A DNA stretch of 64,000 nucleotides from Octopus vulgaris (lineage: Eukaryota): contig OX597819.1 of the NCBI GenBank assembly GCA_951406725.2, positions 81,840,001 to 81,904,000 of the forward strand, in the 5' to 3' direction. The notes under the pieces are model-generated. The model did no database searches. It was not told the DNA's origin and was given only the letters and a program-made list of their open reading frames with translations. The position numbers and the translations under genes are program-made. Positions 13,646 through 25,965 of this stretch are shown in pieces. The number at the start of each line of letters is the position of its first letter. Within the stretch, counting starts at the first letter, position 1.

Positions 13646-13877
13646 AAGCGGCGAGCTGGCAGAAACGTTAGCACGCCGGGCGAAATGCGTAGCCGTATTT
13701 CGTCTGCCGTTACGTTCTGGGTTCAAATTCCGCCGAGGTCGACTTTGCCTTTCATCCTTTCGGGGTCGATAAATTAAGTACCAGTTACGCACTGGGGTCG
13801 ATGTAATCGACTTAATCCGTTTGTCTGCCCTTGTTTGTTCCCTCTATGTTTAGCCCCTTGTGGGTAATAAAGAAATG
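13646..13877 (+). mobile_element. tRNA-derived SINE family B with Nin/Deu-type central domain, full length with TSD
   Basis: A box (CTGGCAGAAACGTT), B box GGTTCAAATTCC and GCCTTTCATCCTTTCGGGGTCGATAAATTAAGTACCAG core. 16-bp TSD TATATTACTGGGATTA at 13630-13645 and 13878-13893. Confidence 0.9.
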
Positions 13878-14090
13878 TATATTACTGGGATTATACTGCA
13901 GATAGACGTATATGAAACAATGCAGAACATTTTCTAGTAAATTTAAACGGGTTATTTTATCTCTGAGAGTACATAACCCAACAGGTAATCGGTGCTATGA
14001 AATTACGTCCATATGAATGAAGCAAATGGTAAGAATGAACTTCAGATGTATCGCACAGAGAAAATAAATATTTTCAGAAGTTACACGTGC

Positions 14091-14142
<52 letters not shown>

Positions 14143-14229
14143 TTATTATTTGAGGGAATAAAATCCAAACTTACAAGGAAAAAGAATTCAATTTAGAAAT
14201 ACTAAATCAAATTCCACACAATATAATAT

Positions 14230-14524
14230 ATATATATAAAAATATTAGAAAAAAGCACCTTCTAGAAAATTACATATAATAGAAAAGTTAAAATTAAAGT
14301 AACAATTATAAAGTAAAGATATTATAAAGTAAAGATATATTACAAAAATAATATAATGTTACCTATTATATACATTATATTATTTTTGTAATTTACTTAA
14401 TCTTTACTTTTTAATTGTTATTTTAATTTTAACTTTTCTATTGTATGTAATTTTCTAGATGGTGTAATTTAATTATTCGTTTTGAATTGATAAAAGGTGT
14501 TTTTTTTTCTAATATTTATATATA
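14230..14524. repeat. AT-rich fold-back (long inverted repeat, MITE-like)
   Basis: TCTAGAAAATTACATATAATAGAAAAGTTAAAATTAAA pairs with TTTAATTTTAACTTTTCTATTGTATGTAATTTTCTAGA. Outer arms AATATTAGAAAAAA/TTTTTTCTAATATT, flanked by TA runs. Confidence 0.8.
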
Positions 14525-15199
14525 TGTAAATATATATATATCTGTGTGTGTGTGTGTGTGTGTGTGTTTGTGTGTGTGTGTTTGACGACCCTTAAGATAA
14601 TAATATCTAACATTATTATACTTTCGTAATGAGTAGTAAGAGCAACCAATGTACATAGCAACATTTCTGTTCCGAAGCCTATTGGATATTTTGTGTGTCA
14701 GCTTAGGAATGCTTTGTTTCGAAGAATCGATTAATAAAATTATCCCACTTTCATGATCAATTTCACGGTTCCAATTAAGTAATTAGTTGATTCAGAATTA
14801 TCGTGGACACCTTTCTAGACTACTAAGAACTTCTTCGAGTGTCACAAATGACAGAAATACTAATATATTACTAGCAGAGGTTAATAATTGTTCAAAGACT
14901 TCAGACAATTTTGCGACAAAGTCAATTTTCGAGGAGTCAGTCTGGTGCCAATGATATAATTTTATTCCAAAGTGTTCCGTTGACTTGCAGCAAGAATTAT
15001 TTTAAATCACGCAGGAAAATGTGTAACTTTCTAGCCGATGTATACTAATTAAAAATTTGCTTGCTTAGAAAACGCATGGTTTCTGTAAATGATTTTGTTA
15101 GAACAGAAAACAAGTATATTTATACATTTTGCAGGGGGAATAAGGTTATTTTGTTCAGTAACGGTTTTAGTTTTTAGTCATCATACTTTTTTTATGTTA

Positions 15200-15850
15200 G
15201 TCTGACAGGTCAGGTAATGCTCAAAATATTTTCAAATCCATCTCTGAATGAAAGGGAATTAACTGAGAAGCATTTGGGGAAAGTTTGCGTAAAGTGCTTA
15301 GTGTAAAATCTGAGAGAGGTAGTACAGAGGAAAACATGGAAAAGGCTTGTAGAATGTATTGAGAGTGATAAGGTTATTGTCGACGGTTATATTGAGCTAA
15401 TGGCTTCAACTAGAAATGTATTGATGAAATTACAGCGGATTAATGTAGTGAACCAGTGAAAGACATATAAATAAGATGATTGGTATTTTGTCATATGTTC
15501 CCCTTTGACTCATCTACACTTGGGAAATCTCATTAAAAAGAACCAGTGACTAACAGTCACCATAGGCAGTTAACAAATATAATATTGGCAATGAATAATG
15601 TCGAAATTATTGATGCACTCTGGTTTCAAGGACTAATATCAGTGAGAGTTGTTAAGGAGAAAGAATAAAAGCGAAAGGAAATTAGCGTTTCTATTAGGAA
15701 TTCGTTTACTTCATCCAGTTCTTCTAAAGAGCTTGAATGCAATAAGAAAATCCATGACTGATTATATAACGAAAATGTTTCTAAATGATTTGTATGTTCG
15801 TATCGTCCAGATGGGTGTTCATTCAAGTATTTCTTAATTAAATGTAGTTA
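15200..15850 (+). pseudogene. Possible very decayed CMC/EnSpm-like transposase remnant
   Basis: Faint motif echoes only (IGILSYVPFD ~ VPLDxMH; LLHPVLLKSL ~ GPVVLK). Many stops. Confidence 0.25.
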
Positions 15851-16057
15851 ACTGCATCTCCAATCAATTTTCATATGTACAGAAAAGAACTAATTGATAC
15901 TGACAGATGAGTCTTCTTTTATTCTAATTCCTTAGATTTAATCCCCTAATCAAGATCAATCAAGAACAATCTCCTGATCAAGATAAAGTAGTATATTCTA
16001 TAAATGTTACTAGGCATATTCAGTCTCTATACAAGATTTCTAAAGTACAGTAGATAA

Positions 16058-16225
16058 TGGTTCCAAATTTTAGCACAAGGCCAACAACTGTTTTGCATGG
16101 GGAGGGGGAAGAGTTAGTCGATTACATCGATCCTAGTCCTCAACTGTTTCTTATTTTATCGACGCCGAAAGAATGAATTGCGAAGTTCAGGACTTAAAGC
16201 CGGAAGAAATGTCCCTAAGCATTTA
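16058..16225 (-). mobile_element. Decayed SINE family B copy
   Basis: TTAGTCGATTACATCGA...TTATTTTATCGAC...GAAAGAATGAA is the reverse complement of the family B core. Confidence 0.7.
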
Positions 16226-18523
16226 ATTCGACGTAGATTATGCATCACCTTTGAAATTACAATTCAAACGGGTCTCCATCTCAGAAAAACGATGGAAGCG
16301 GTTTGTCGATAGAGGACAAGACTATTATGATGTAGACAACTTGAAGGAAATTATAAGTATAGCAATCATTTAAAAAAATTCGGTTCCATTTTGAGTAGAT
16401 TACCTTGTACATAGAATGAGTCTTATTGGAAATATTAACAGCGCGTGTGACACCCATCATGCCATTCTCTACTCTGGATTATACCATCAAAGTCTTTTAA
16501 CAGCAAAAGTTGCAGGCTGCATCTCTAAAACTCCAATTCATCCACTGCACTCGTCTATGTTGATCACCACTGTTACTTATTCTATTTATTCTTAAAGCTT
16601 GCAGAAAATTTTACATGCAATTCGTCTATCATTTTTCTATTCTCTCCTACTCTCTCTCAGGGATATATCAGACACAAGGATTTTATAATACTAGTATGAT
16701 AATTAGAAGATGGTTAGAAGAGGATGTCAAAAAGCTTTGCTAGATTAATTAGCCGGCAGTTTATCACTTTCTGAACTTTTATATATGATAGATTTCTTTA
16801 TATACACTAGTTATTTTTGATATAGATACAATGCCTATATCCGAAGAAAATATAATTAGTTATATCAGGCGTAGTACTGACTGGTACTTTATTTCATGCA
16901 TGACAGTGGAACGAAATACAATGTTGACCTATTCATTAGATAATATATTTATCACTGACGTCACTGTAGTGCTTTGCAGACGTTTACGGTCAAATGGTCG
17001 TGTTAAGACGTCTGACATATTACCATAGATGCCAAACTGATGTGTACCAATGATATAGGGCGTAAAAAATAAATTATTAAACACTAATTTGGGATATTGT
17101 TTTTAATTTTATAAAAGTGTATTTCCCATAAAAGATAGTATTATAGGCGCATTTGTAGCAAGTTTGATGGTTTAACTAGTTTCGATTTCCCTGTTACATT
17201 GAATTATAAGACAACGTAAACATCCAATCACAATATGTTAAAATCAACAAAGTTGCTGCAAATACGACCTTCAAAATGTCTGATGATCTTTCGGTTGTGA
17301 TGTGTGATGTGCGAAACGATGTTGTTTAGACGAAAATAGCTGTCCTTAATACGGTATGCAATGGAAAATTTATCCTATTTATGTGCTAGTGGGAAGTGTC
17401 GTAAGAGAGCTAGTGGACCAAAAAACTATGCAAAAGGTTAGGCAGCCTCTTTAGAATAATAACATTTCTGGCTTTGGTCATGATACTGAATGTCCACAAA
17501 GCTAAAGTGAAGATCACATTATTGCACTGCTTACCTATCTGGAGCGATTGCTACTACACTCTCAAGCAACCTAAACTGTACAACAATATGTCACCCAACT
17601 GGCTTACCAATTGGTTAACTTTCTTTTATACTTACGGTTTATGAGCTTCTTGAACTAACAATGTGTGTATCACTTACGTCAAACCCTACTCGATACACAT
17701 TTCATTGTCTCGTTATTCCTACTATATTTCCCCACCCATAAGCCTGCGCTAACTACCCTAAATACCTTTCTCTCTGGAACTATTTTTCTTTAGAGACAAC
17801 TCAGAATTTCAATCTGAGCATCAGCTGCAATGACGTCTCTAAAACGAGAGAATAAACGGATATCATTGGCTATGCTCCTTTCTCTAGCGATTAAATGATA
17901 AATAAGAATTTATACAAAACTAGTGAATAAATCTTTTCATGAAGAAAGCCTAAAGCTACTGCATCTATTGGTAACAAATCTACAAAATCAGCAATTATTT
18001 TTAAAAATAAGAAGAGTCATTTGTATATGTGTATGCAAGTGGACAATTGTAATGTATACTCCATTCTCAGCAGCATAAACAGTGATAACAAAAATAATAC
18101 ATACTTGTATGAAGCTCTACTCACGAAAGGATAGGCAAGTTGAATATTACAAAAAAAAAAAAATTGTTACTGTGAAGAAGACATGGTTGATTTCGAGCAT
18201 CTAAACAAATGTACAACTTGTCTTTTAACGTCAATTACAGCTGTTACTATTTATGGATGTTGTAGGAAATCATTATTTAGAGAAGCATAAAATGTTTTGT
18301 AGGTCGATGCACACACACGCACACACGCACGCACGCACAGAAATAGACACACATAAACACACACTCACATACTGATACAAAGATATATACATTCACACAC
18401 ACATTTTCTTAAATACGATAGATACTTCAATTATGGTTATCCAAATGCAAACAAACTGACAAGAAAATGAACGCCTCCCCATCCAGTCATTCATACATAC
18501 ATACATACATACATACATACATG

Positions 18524-18556
<33 letters not shown>

Positions 18557-19434
18557 GCGTGTGTGCGTGTGTGTATATGTGTGTATGTGTGTGTGTGCGT
18601 GTGTGTGTGTGTGTACAGTCAAGCAGAATGCAGTGGTAAATGAAAGTGCTTCAACATCAGTTATATATTTTGGTTTCTAGTTTATAGCTTTTACGAGGCT
18701 TTCGAATGTCAGTCAAAGAGAAAAAAAATGCTAAAATGCAAAACTGATCGTTTTAAGTCATTAGTAATTCAACTTATCTGTCAGTCGGATATTTGAATGG
18801 GAATGTAAGTAAGGAAATGCTAAGAAATTACTGTTAAAGGCAATGGAAAATCTCCAAAAGATCATGTGAAAAATATTTGAAAGTGGATGTACAGAAGAGG
18901 ATTGAAGGATTTCTAAAGAGGAATAACCGTGCAGAAAGACTCGGGGAAAAACCTATAAATTAGAACAATTAATATACATAGTTAAATATAACATTTCTGT
19001 TTGCTTGAAGCTAGTAGAGGTATACTTTGAAAACGATTTTAACTGTTTGACAATGATGGTTTCCTGATAACGGAAACGTTTTAGCAGGTAGTAATATGTA
19101 ATGATGTCAAGATTTTGGATTTTACTTGCAAAGCAACGTGTAACTCTCTGTTAAGTTACTTACGTTTGTCTCCTGAATTAATGTAAATTATAGATACACC
19201 TAACAGAGAAGGATAGTAGTAATGTTGTTTCATTTTTAATGGGAAGACAATGAGAGCACTATTGTAGCCAAGGTAACCGAGTCAGCCAATTTAAATTGGC
19301 AGTAGTATAGTAGGAACTAATTTTCTTGTAGTGAAATCTCAAAGCTAAATTTTTATCAAAATTGCACCTGTTCAGAAGAGTAAACCGTATTAGGCTTGAT
19401 CATCAATTAAGGTGAAGTAAGATAAATGAGGCAT

Positions 19435-19680
19435 GGAGGCACATGGCATAGTGGTTAGAGCAGCAGACTCGCGGTCGTGGAATTGCGGGTTCGAATCTCA
19501 GACTGGGCGATGTGAGTGTTTATGAGCGAAATACCTAACTCCACGCGGGTCTCACGCTTTCCTCCTCCATCTAACAGCTCACCTGTGACGTACCAGCGTC
19601 CTGTCCATATGGGGAACGTATACACCAATGACACCGGGAAACTGGCCCTTATGAGCCAAGCATAGCTCGAGAAGGAACAA
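19435..19680 (+). mobile_element. tRNA-derived SINE (family C-related)
   Basis: TGGCATAGTGGTTAGAGC (A box) ... GGTTCGAATCTC (B box). Downstream CCAGCGTCCTGTCCA and GGCCCTTATGAGCC are shared with 57826-58078. Confidence 0.8.
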
Positions 19681-19737
19681 ACAGCAAGATAAGTGAGGAA
19701 ACTCCAAAATCCAAATAAATTGAAAATCAGTGACATA

Positions 19738-20122
19738 GGCGCATGCGTGGCTGGGTGGTAAGAAGTGTGCTTCCTAACCACATGGTTCCGGGTTCAGTTC
19801 CACTGCGTTGCACCTTCAGCAAGTATTTTCTAGTATAGCCTTGGGCTGACTAAAGCCTTGTGATTGAAATTGGTAGACGGAAACTGAAAGAAGCCCGTCG
19901 TATATATATATGTGTGTGTGTGTCTTTGTGTTTGTCCCCTTGCCACTGCTTGACTACTGTTGGTGACGTGTTTGCATCCCTGTAATTTAGTGGTTCAGCA
20001 AAAGTGGCTGATAAAATGAGTACCAGGCTTAAAAAAGAAGTTCTGGAGTCGATTCATTCGATTAAAAATTTAAGATGGTGCTCCAGTATGGCCGCGGTCG
20101 AATTCCTGAAATAAGTAAAAGA
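19738..20122 (+). mobile_element. SINE family A, full length, + strand
   Basis: GGCGCATGCGTGGCTGGGTGGTAAG...GGTTCAGTTCC...GGTGCTCCAGTATGGCCGC...AAGTAAAAG. Confidence 0.88.
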
Positions 20123-20435
20123 ACTCCATACATTTTTAGATTTTATTAGATATCCACCGCAAAGCATAGTTTTACAAGTATTGTCAGAGTGTAAGCGGTT
20201 GAGAGGTAAAGATTTTGAGGGAATGAACATCGGTGGGCATGACAATAGATGCCACGTAAGAATATAATCGAAAAATTTCGATTACAATAGGTGCGGAAAG
20301 CAAGTGATAGTGTAATCGTATTGGTCATGTTAATCTTACTTCTTGGGGCAGGGGGATTTTAGATGATGTTTTAGAATAAGGAAGTGAAATGGCGATAAAA
20401 AAAAGGGTCATTGTACAACAGGGAGGATAGATCTA

Positions 20436-20843
<408 letters not shown>

Positions 20844-20997
20844 ACAAAGTGGAGTTGTAAGGTACAGCACGAGTGGAATTATATACGAAAGAAGGTTTGA
20901 AAATGCAATTTTAAAAGATGTTTGTTTACTTTACCGGTTTCACTCTTTAGAAAAAGATTGTCAAAAGTAACATGTAAAAGTTTGGTTGTGTTAATTA

Positions 20998-21342
20998 TTG
21001 GTTGTCACAAAATGCTACAATGCATATATGCAGTCTTTGGTAACAAGAACATGTTAAGGACATAAAAAATTTAATTTAACAAGTTCATTAAAATAGTGGG
21101 CACAAAAGATGACAACATAAATATACATTCTCAAGAAAATGTTAAATATAGTTTCCAGAAGGAATTATTAAAAAGTTCAGTGGAATATTGGTATTGTATC
21201 TGTATATTCATACACGCACAGAATATTGGTTGTCTCAAAATACTACAATACATATGTACATTCTTTGGTAACAAGAACATGTTAAGAACATAAAAAAGTT
21301 TAACAAGTTCATTAAAATATTGGGCACAAAAGATTACAACAT
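20998..21342. repeat. Diverged ~120-bp direct repeat pair
   Basis: TCTTTGGTAACAAGAACATGTTAAG...TTTAACAAGTTCATTAAAATA...GGGCACAAAAGAT occurs at ~20998-21118 and ~21226-21342. Confidence 0.85.
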
Positions 21343-21359
21343 GCAGGTGTAGAGTTAAG

Positions 21360-21660
21360 TGGTTCACTACAGCTGTTTCAGACATGTTTTTTTTCTGATG
21401 AACAGAAGTGTTGCATCATGCAAAAGTAAACAAAAAAGGATAAACAGAAAGAAAACGTTTTTATGAGGTGAATGCATATATAAATTAAACATTGAAGTCG
21501 AAGTTAGGTCTGTGGAGTCAAATGGCACCTCTGTACTTGTTCTTGAGATGTTCATGATGTTTAATTCTTACAAGCATTCTCCTGAGGAAAACGGTTTTTT
21601 AATGGTGTAACACTTCTGTTCATCAAAAAGAAACACGCCTGAAACAGCTGTAGTGAACCA
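21360..21660. repeat. Inverted repeat whose arms are hammerhead-like motifs (PLE LTR-type)
   Basis: TGGTTCACTACAGCTGTTTCAG... at 21360 and ...CTGAAACAGCTGTAGTGAACCA at 21660. The + arm has CTGAGGA (21582-21588), GAAA, palindromic ACAGCTGT and a GUA site. Confidence 0.7.
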
Positions 21661-21674
21661 CAATACATCTGTTA

Positions 21675-21744
<70 letters not shown>

Positions 21745-23099
21745 CTGAATGGATTCTGTGCAATAATCATACCAAATATTTAAAACGGTTGTGGCAATCA
21801 CTGATTCGCAATAACAGTTTCTGATTAAAGTTTTCCATGTATTAATATAATTATGGAGAAGGTCGATACATCTGATGAGTGTTCTGCTACACCCAGTACA
21901 GCACACATCAAAATAGCATAGAATTTAGTCGAGTAGTTGAAATCTCAGTCTAGCTAAATAAAGTTTTGCAAAATAATAAGAAAAGGAAGTTAAAATTCAA
22001 AAGTACAATAATTTTCAAAACATCTTTCGTAGGAATTCGAAAATAATTACATTTGAAATATTAGAAAGAAAAATATCAAAAGAAATAAAGAAAAGAAAAG
22101 AAAATCTATATTGATCGTGATAGGAAGCTATTAAAACAGCTGCGGGTAACAAGCAAACTTTTAAACAACTTCTAAGATGCTAACTGTGAAGTCTATTGTT
22201 TTTATTACCGAAAGTAGTAGAATTATAATTAATTTTCATAGATTTAAGCATTTACATTGTAATTCATGGAATATTTATATTAGTTTTTCATTTCAGCATG
22301 AATGCTACTTGAAATGATGCCTTTGCTGGAAAGATTTGGATACAATTAATTTTTATTATTTGGCTTGCACTTCGAATATATTATTCCTTAATGATTCAGA
22401 AAATTGGTTGTCTTTGAATCTAAACTAAACTGTTGATTTCCAGAGGTCAACTTAAAATTTTTCGATGTTTAAAATCTATTCTTACGCGATAAATGAAAAT
22501 GATTATATCACTTGATATTTTATCTGTTATCATTTGCTTCCTATATGATCACCCTTCCGTTGTTTATTCCGAATGACAATGTACATGCCATATTTCTATG
22601 CAGGGATGCTGAAGTAGAGTTACAGAAGTAGATCTGAATCGGCCAAGTAAATGTAACGTACGTGCGGAACTCTAACAGGGAAACTTAAGTTATCGCATCA
22701 TATCTAGAAAACAACTATTGAACTATTACAATCCATACAACATAATGCCGTCAGCAAAATGATGTGAAAATGAACTGTTGAACTTTTCAACACTGCTTTC
22801 TGAGTAGTTTATATTATATAGTTATATAGTATATATAACTATATAGTTTTATAGTATATATAACTATATAGTTATAGAGTATATTTTATATGCAACACGA
22901 TTTACAGATAATTTACTAGTGTTTCGGTTATATTGGCTTATATGGATTATTCTATTCCTATATTAATCGTTTAGTTTGATCCTAATGCAAAACTTTTAAC
23001 TGTATCACAGAGTTACCCGCATTATGTTGAGCATGTGTTTTTCTCTATAGTATTTATCACCTTTGAACTGATATTGATTCCATAGGTTTTGATGAAGGT

Positions 23100-23470
23100 T
23101 ATAATTCATATCGATCCCACTACTCGACCGGTATCATTTTAACAACAGCAGCAGAATAAATCAAAGATGATCTCGGCGAATTTGAATTCAGAACGTAAAG
23201 GTCCATAACTGAATCTCGCTAGACATTTTGTATTACGATCCAACTTCTTTACTAATCAACTACTCTGCCCCTGTAACTAATATTGTTTCCAATTTAGGCA
23301 CAGGACCTGTAATTATGTGGAAAAACAATTAGTCGATATCATCGTCACAAGTTTTTGTCTAGTAATTTATTCTATTAACTCCCAAGAGATAAAAGGGCGA
23401 AGCCGACGTCAATGAGATTTGAACTCAAAATCTAAAAAGCCGTAAGAATTTCCGCAAGGCATTTCTTCCG
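23100..23470 (-). mobile_element. Two decayed SINE family B copies
   Basis: TCGGCGAATTTGAATTCAGAACGTAA and TAGTCGATATCATCG...TTTGAACTCA blocks. Confidence 0.55.
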
Positions 23471-23562
23471 ACAGAACAGAATTGATAAAATATAGCGTTT
23501 ATATCTTGCATTTACAATAACGGGAATCTTTTACTTTTTACTTGTTTCAGTCATTTGACTGC

Positions 23563-24335
23563 AGTTTTACTTTCGACCATTTTTTCGATGTCTTCATCTG
23601 CGATTTGCACCGCCATTTCAAGGGTTTGTCCATTCCAGGTCTTATAAGGTGTTCAGGTGGCCTGTAGGACCACCACCTTCTCCATTTCAAGTTGTATAGC
23701 CGCCACTAGCCAGGCTACATCCACCTCTGGGGGTATTTCCTCCAGCCTAACTCTAGAGGCTCGTCTCCCAAGGTATACAGGTAGAAGAACTACCTCATTC
23801 GTTTTCAACGATGTTACCGAATCCAGCCTGGCAGTAGCTACCTTTTCGAACTCCACCTTTACCGTTCCAAATTTTTTACCTCTGGCAAGGTACGAAATCC
23901 TTTGCCTGACAGGTCTAAACGCCTTTTCTATCTGTACCGTGGACATGTTCTCAATCTTTCCAGCTGTGACCGAGTACGTCCTATAAACTGCCGTTCTTTC
24001 CGCTGTTTTCTTTAAGACTTTTTCGTGGTGGTGGGACGCCTTCACTTCGTTCCCCTCCCTTTTCAGCATTCCCTTATTCTTGCTTACATCTTCCAGCCTT
24101 TCGCACCTTTTTTCTGTCGCCGCGGCGTAACTTCTATTTTTCATTGCCTTGTCTTTCTTCTTGAGGTACTCTAGCATTTCCTCCTCCTACGACACAAAGT
24201 CCGAGGACGGGTAACTTTCCATGTTTGACACCAAACAACTCAATCCTTCGCAACTCAACGCTCGATGCCCCTCCATCATAGAAGAGAAAAACATCGCGCT
24301 GCCAACAAACACGCACAGCCAAAAAGCACATCTAT
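23563..24335 (-). mobile_element. LINE ORF1 (gag-like, Tx1/L1-type) copy 1, 3'-truncated
   Basis: ORF 23653-24177 (NRSYAAA...YLARGKKFGTVKVEF...YLGRRASRVRLEEIPPEVDVAWL) is paralogous to the adjacent copy 2. Confidence 0.6.
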
Positions 24336-24339
24336 CACA

Positions 24340-25965
24340 CATTTTATTTTATGGCCATAAAGGCCTTACACATGGTGGGGACAAAAAACAAAACGAATGA
24401 AATGAATGAAATTATACAATGAAAGATGAAATGAAGTCGCTCGGCCCCACCTCCGAGCGACTTCATTGTACCTGTAGCAACACCACACAATTATTTACAT
24501 AATAGTTAATCCGTCCTTTTTCCAAAATGTTTATATTATATTTTTTAAATGTCCACATACCTTATTTTTTCGGCATTGTCCTGGTGTTTATTTTATTGGC
24601 CCACCATTTATAGTCACAGTTCTCTATATACCTATGCACTTTCCACAGGTTCTCCAGGTCCGTCTATGCACAATAATCGTTCTCGGGAAAACCCCTTACA
24701 CTTGCTGTATCCTTGACTATTCTGTCCCACTAATTTACTTCCTTATCCAGTTTCTCAATCTGTCCATTATACATTAAAAAAAACTTTTCCATTACAGGGC
24801 GGGAGTGGGTAGTTTTGAAGCTCCTGTGTGTTTGCCATTGTATTTTTTGTCAGACTGAGCATGGAAAGGGTTGGTGTCTGTAGGGAGTATTTGAGGTAGA
24901 ATGGGTGTGGGTAAGAGACGGGTGGGTGTGGGTTGGGGGTTGTCTTTTTCCTTCTCTTCCTGCTCTTTTTCTCCACCATTTCCCAATTGGTATTTAATTC
25001 TTCCTCCTTCTCGACACTGGTGCCCGTCTTCTTCTGTGGTTCCACCTCACTTATTTTTTCCTCCGCAGGCAGTGTAACACCGACCACTTTTTCCTCCTGT
25101 CTCTCTTTGTTCTTTTCTAGTGGTGGAGGACACTCCGCTCTAATGTGGCCTTTCAGGCCACTTTTATAACCTTTCCACTAACCTTTGAAGTCAACTCTCC
25201 CACTGTGATGCATTTGACCATTTTTTCCAAGTCCTCCTCCACAATTTGTACCACCATTTCAAGAGTTTGTCCCTTCCAATGCCTATGGGGCGTTCTGGTG
25301 GCCCAGGACCACCACCTTCTCTTCCATTCTCAGCAGTATGGCAGCCACTAGCTAGGCCACATTGACTTCTGGTGGTATGTCATCCACCCGAACCCTGGAA
25401 GCACGTCTCCCAAAGTACACGAGTAGTACAACCTCATCTGTTTTCAGCGGTGTGTCCGAGTACAGTCTGGCAGTTGCTATCTCCTTAAACTGCACCTCCA
25501 CCGTTCCATATTGTCGACACCTGGCAAGATATGCTATCTCCTGCTAGACTGACCTCAGTGCCTTTTCCACCTGTGCTTCTGACATCACTTCAATTTTTCC
25601 TTGTTGCTGTGGCATAAGCTCTGTATAGAATTGTTCGTTCTTCGTTGTCTTTTTCTTTTTTGAGGAGGGACCTTCAACTCGTTCCTCTCCCTTTCAAGCA
25701 TTTCTTTGAACTTACTCAACTCTTCCAGGTTCACTTCTTCACTTTTTTCTCTAGCCGCCGCTGCATAATTCCTCCTCTCCATTTCCTTGTCTATCTTGTT
25801 TAAATATTCAACTAATTCCTCCTCGGACGAATGACATTTTAGGGAAGAATACCTCAACTTCTCCCAACTTCTCGCTCGACGTTCCTCCATTATACAAGAG
25901 AAAAAACGTCGCTCCGCCAGGACAGTGAAAAAACATCGCGTGTATCAAGCAAATCTAACAATGCA
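24340..25965 (-). mobile_element. ORF1-only retroelement copy 2 (degenerate ORF, 3' hairpin, A-rich tail)
   Basis: MEERRARSW...RNYAAA...YFGRRASRVRVDDIPPEV..., a degenerate zinc knuckle (YKSGLKGHIRAEC) and a basic KKSRKRRKK stretch. Frame ends at ~24563, followed by the 24430-24467 hairpin and an ATAAAATAAAAT end. Confidence 0.6.
24430..24467. other. Perfect 15-bp hairpin in the 3' UTR of the ORF1-only element
   Basis: AATGAAGTCGCTCGG-CCCCACCT-CCGAGCGACTTCATT. Confidence 0.9.

Noticed and set aside
17280-17340. Other CTGANGA...GAAA matches (17280, 38965, 48068, 55080, 59645; degenerate ones near 5134, 7207, 48940, 53335)
   Set aside because: Stems II/III or core bases are missing, so these are chance matches or too decayed to call.
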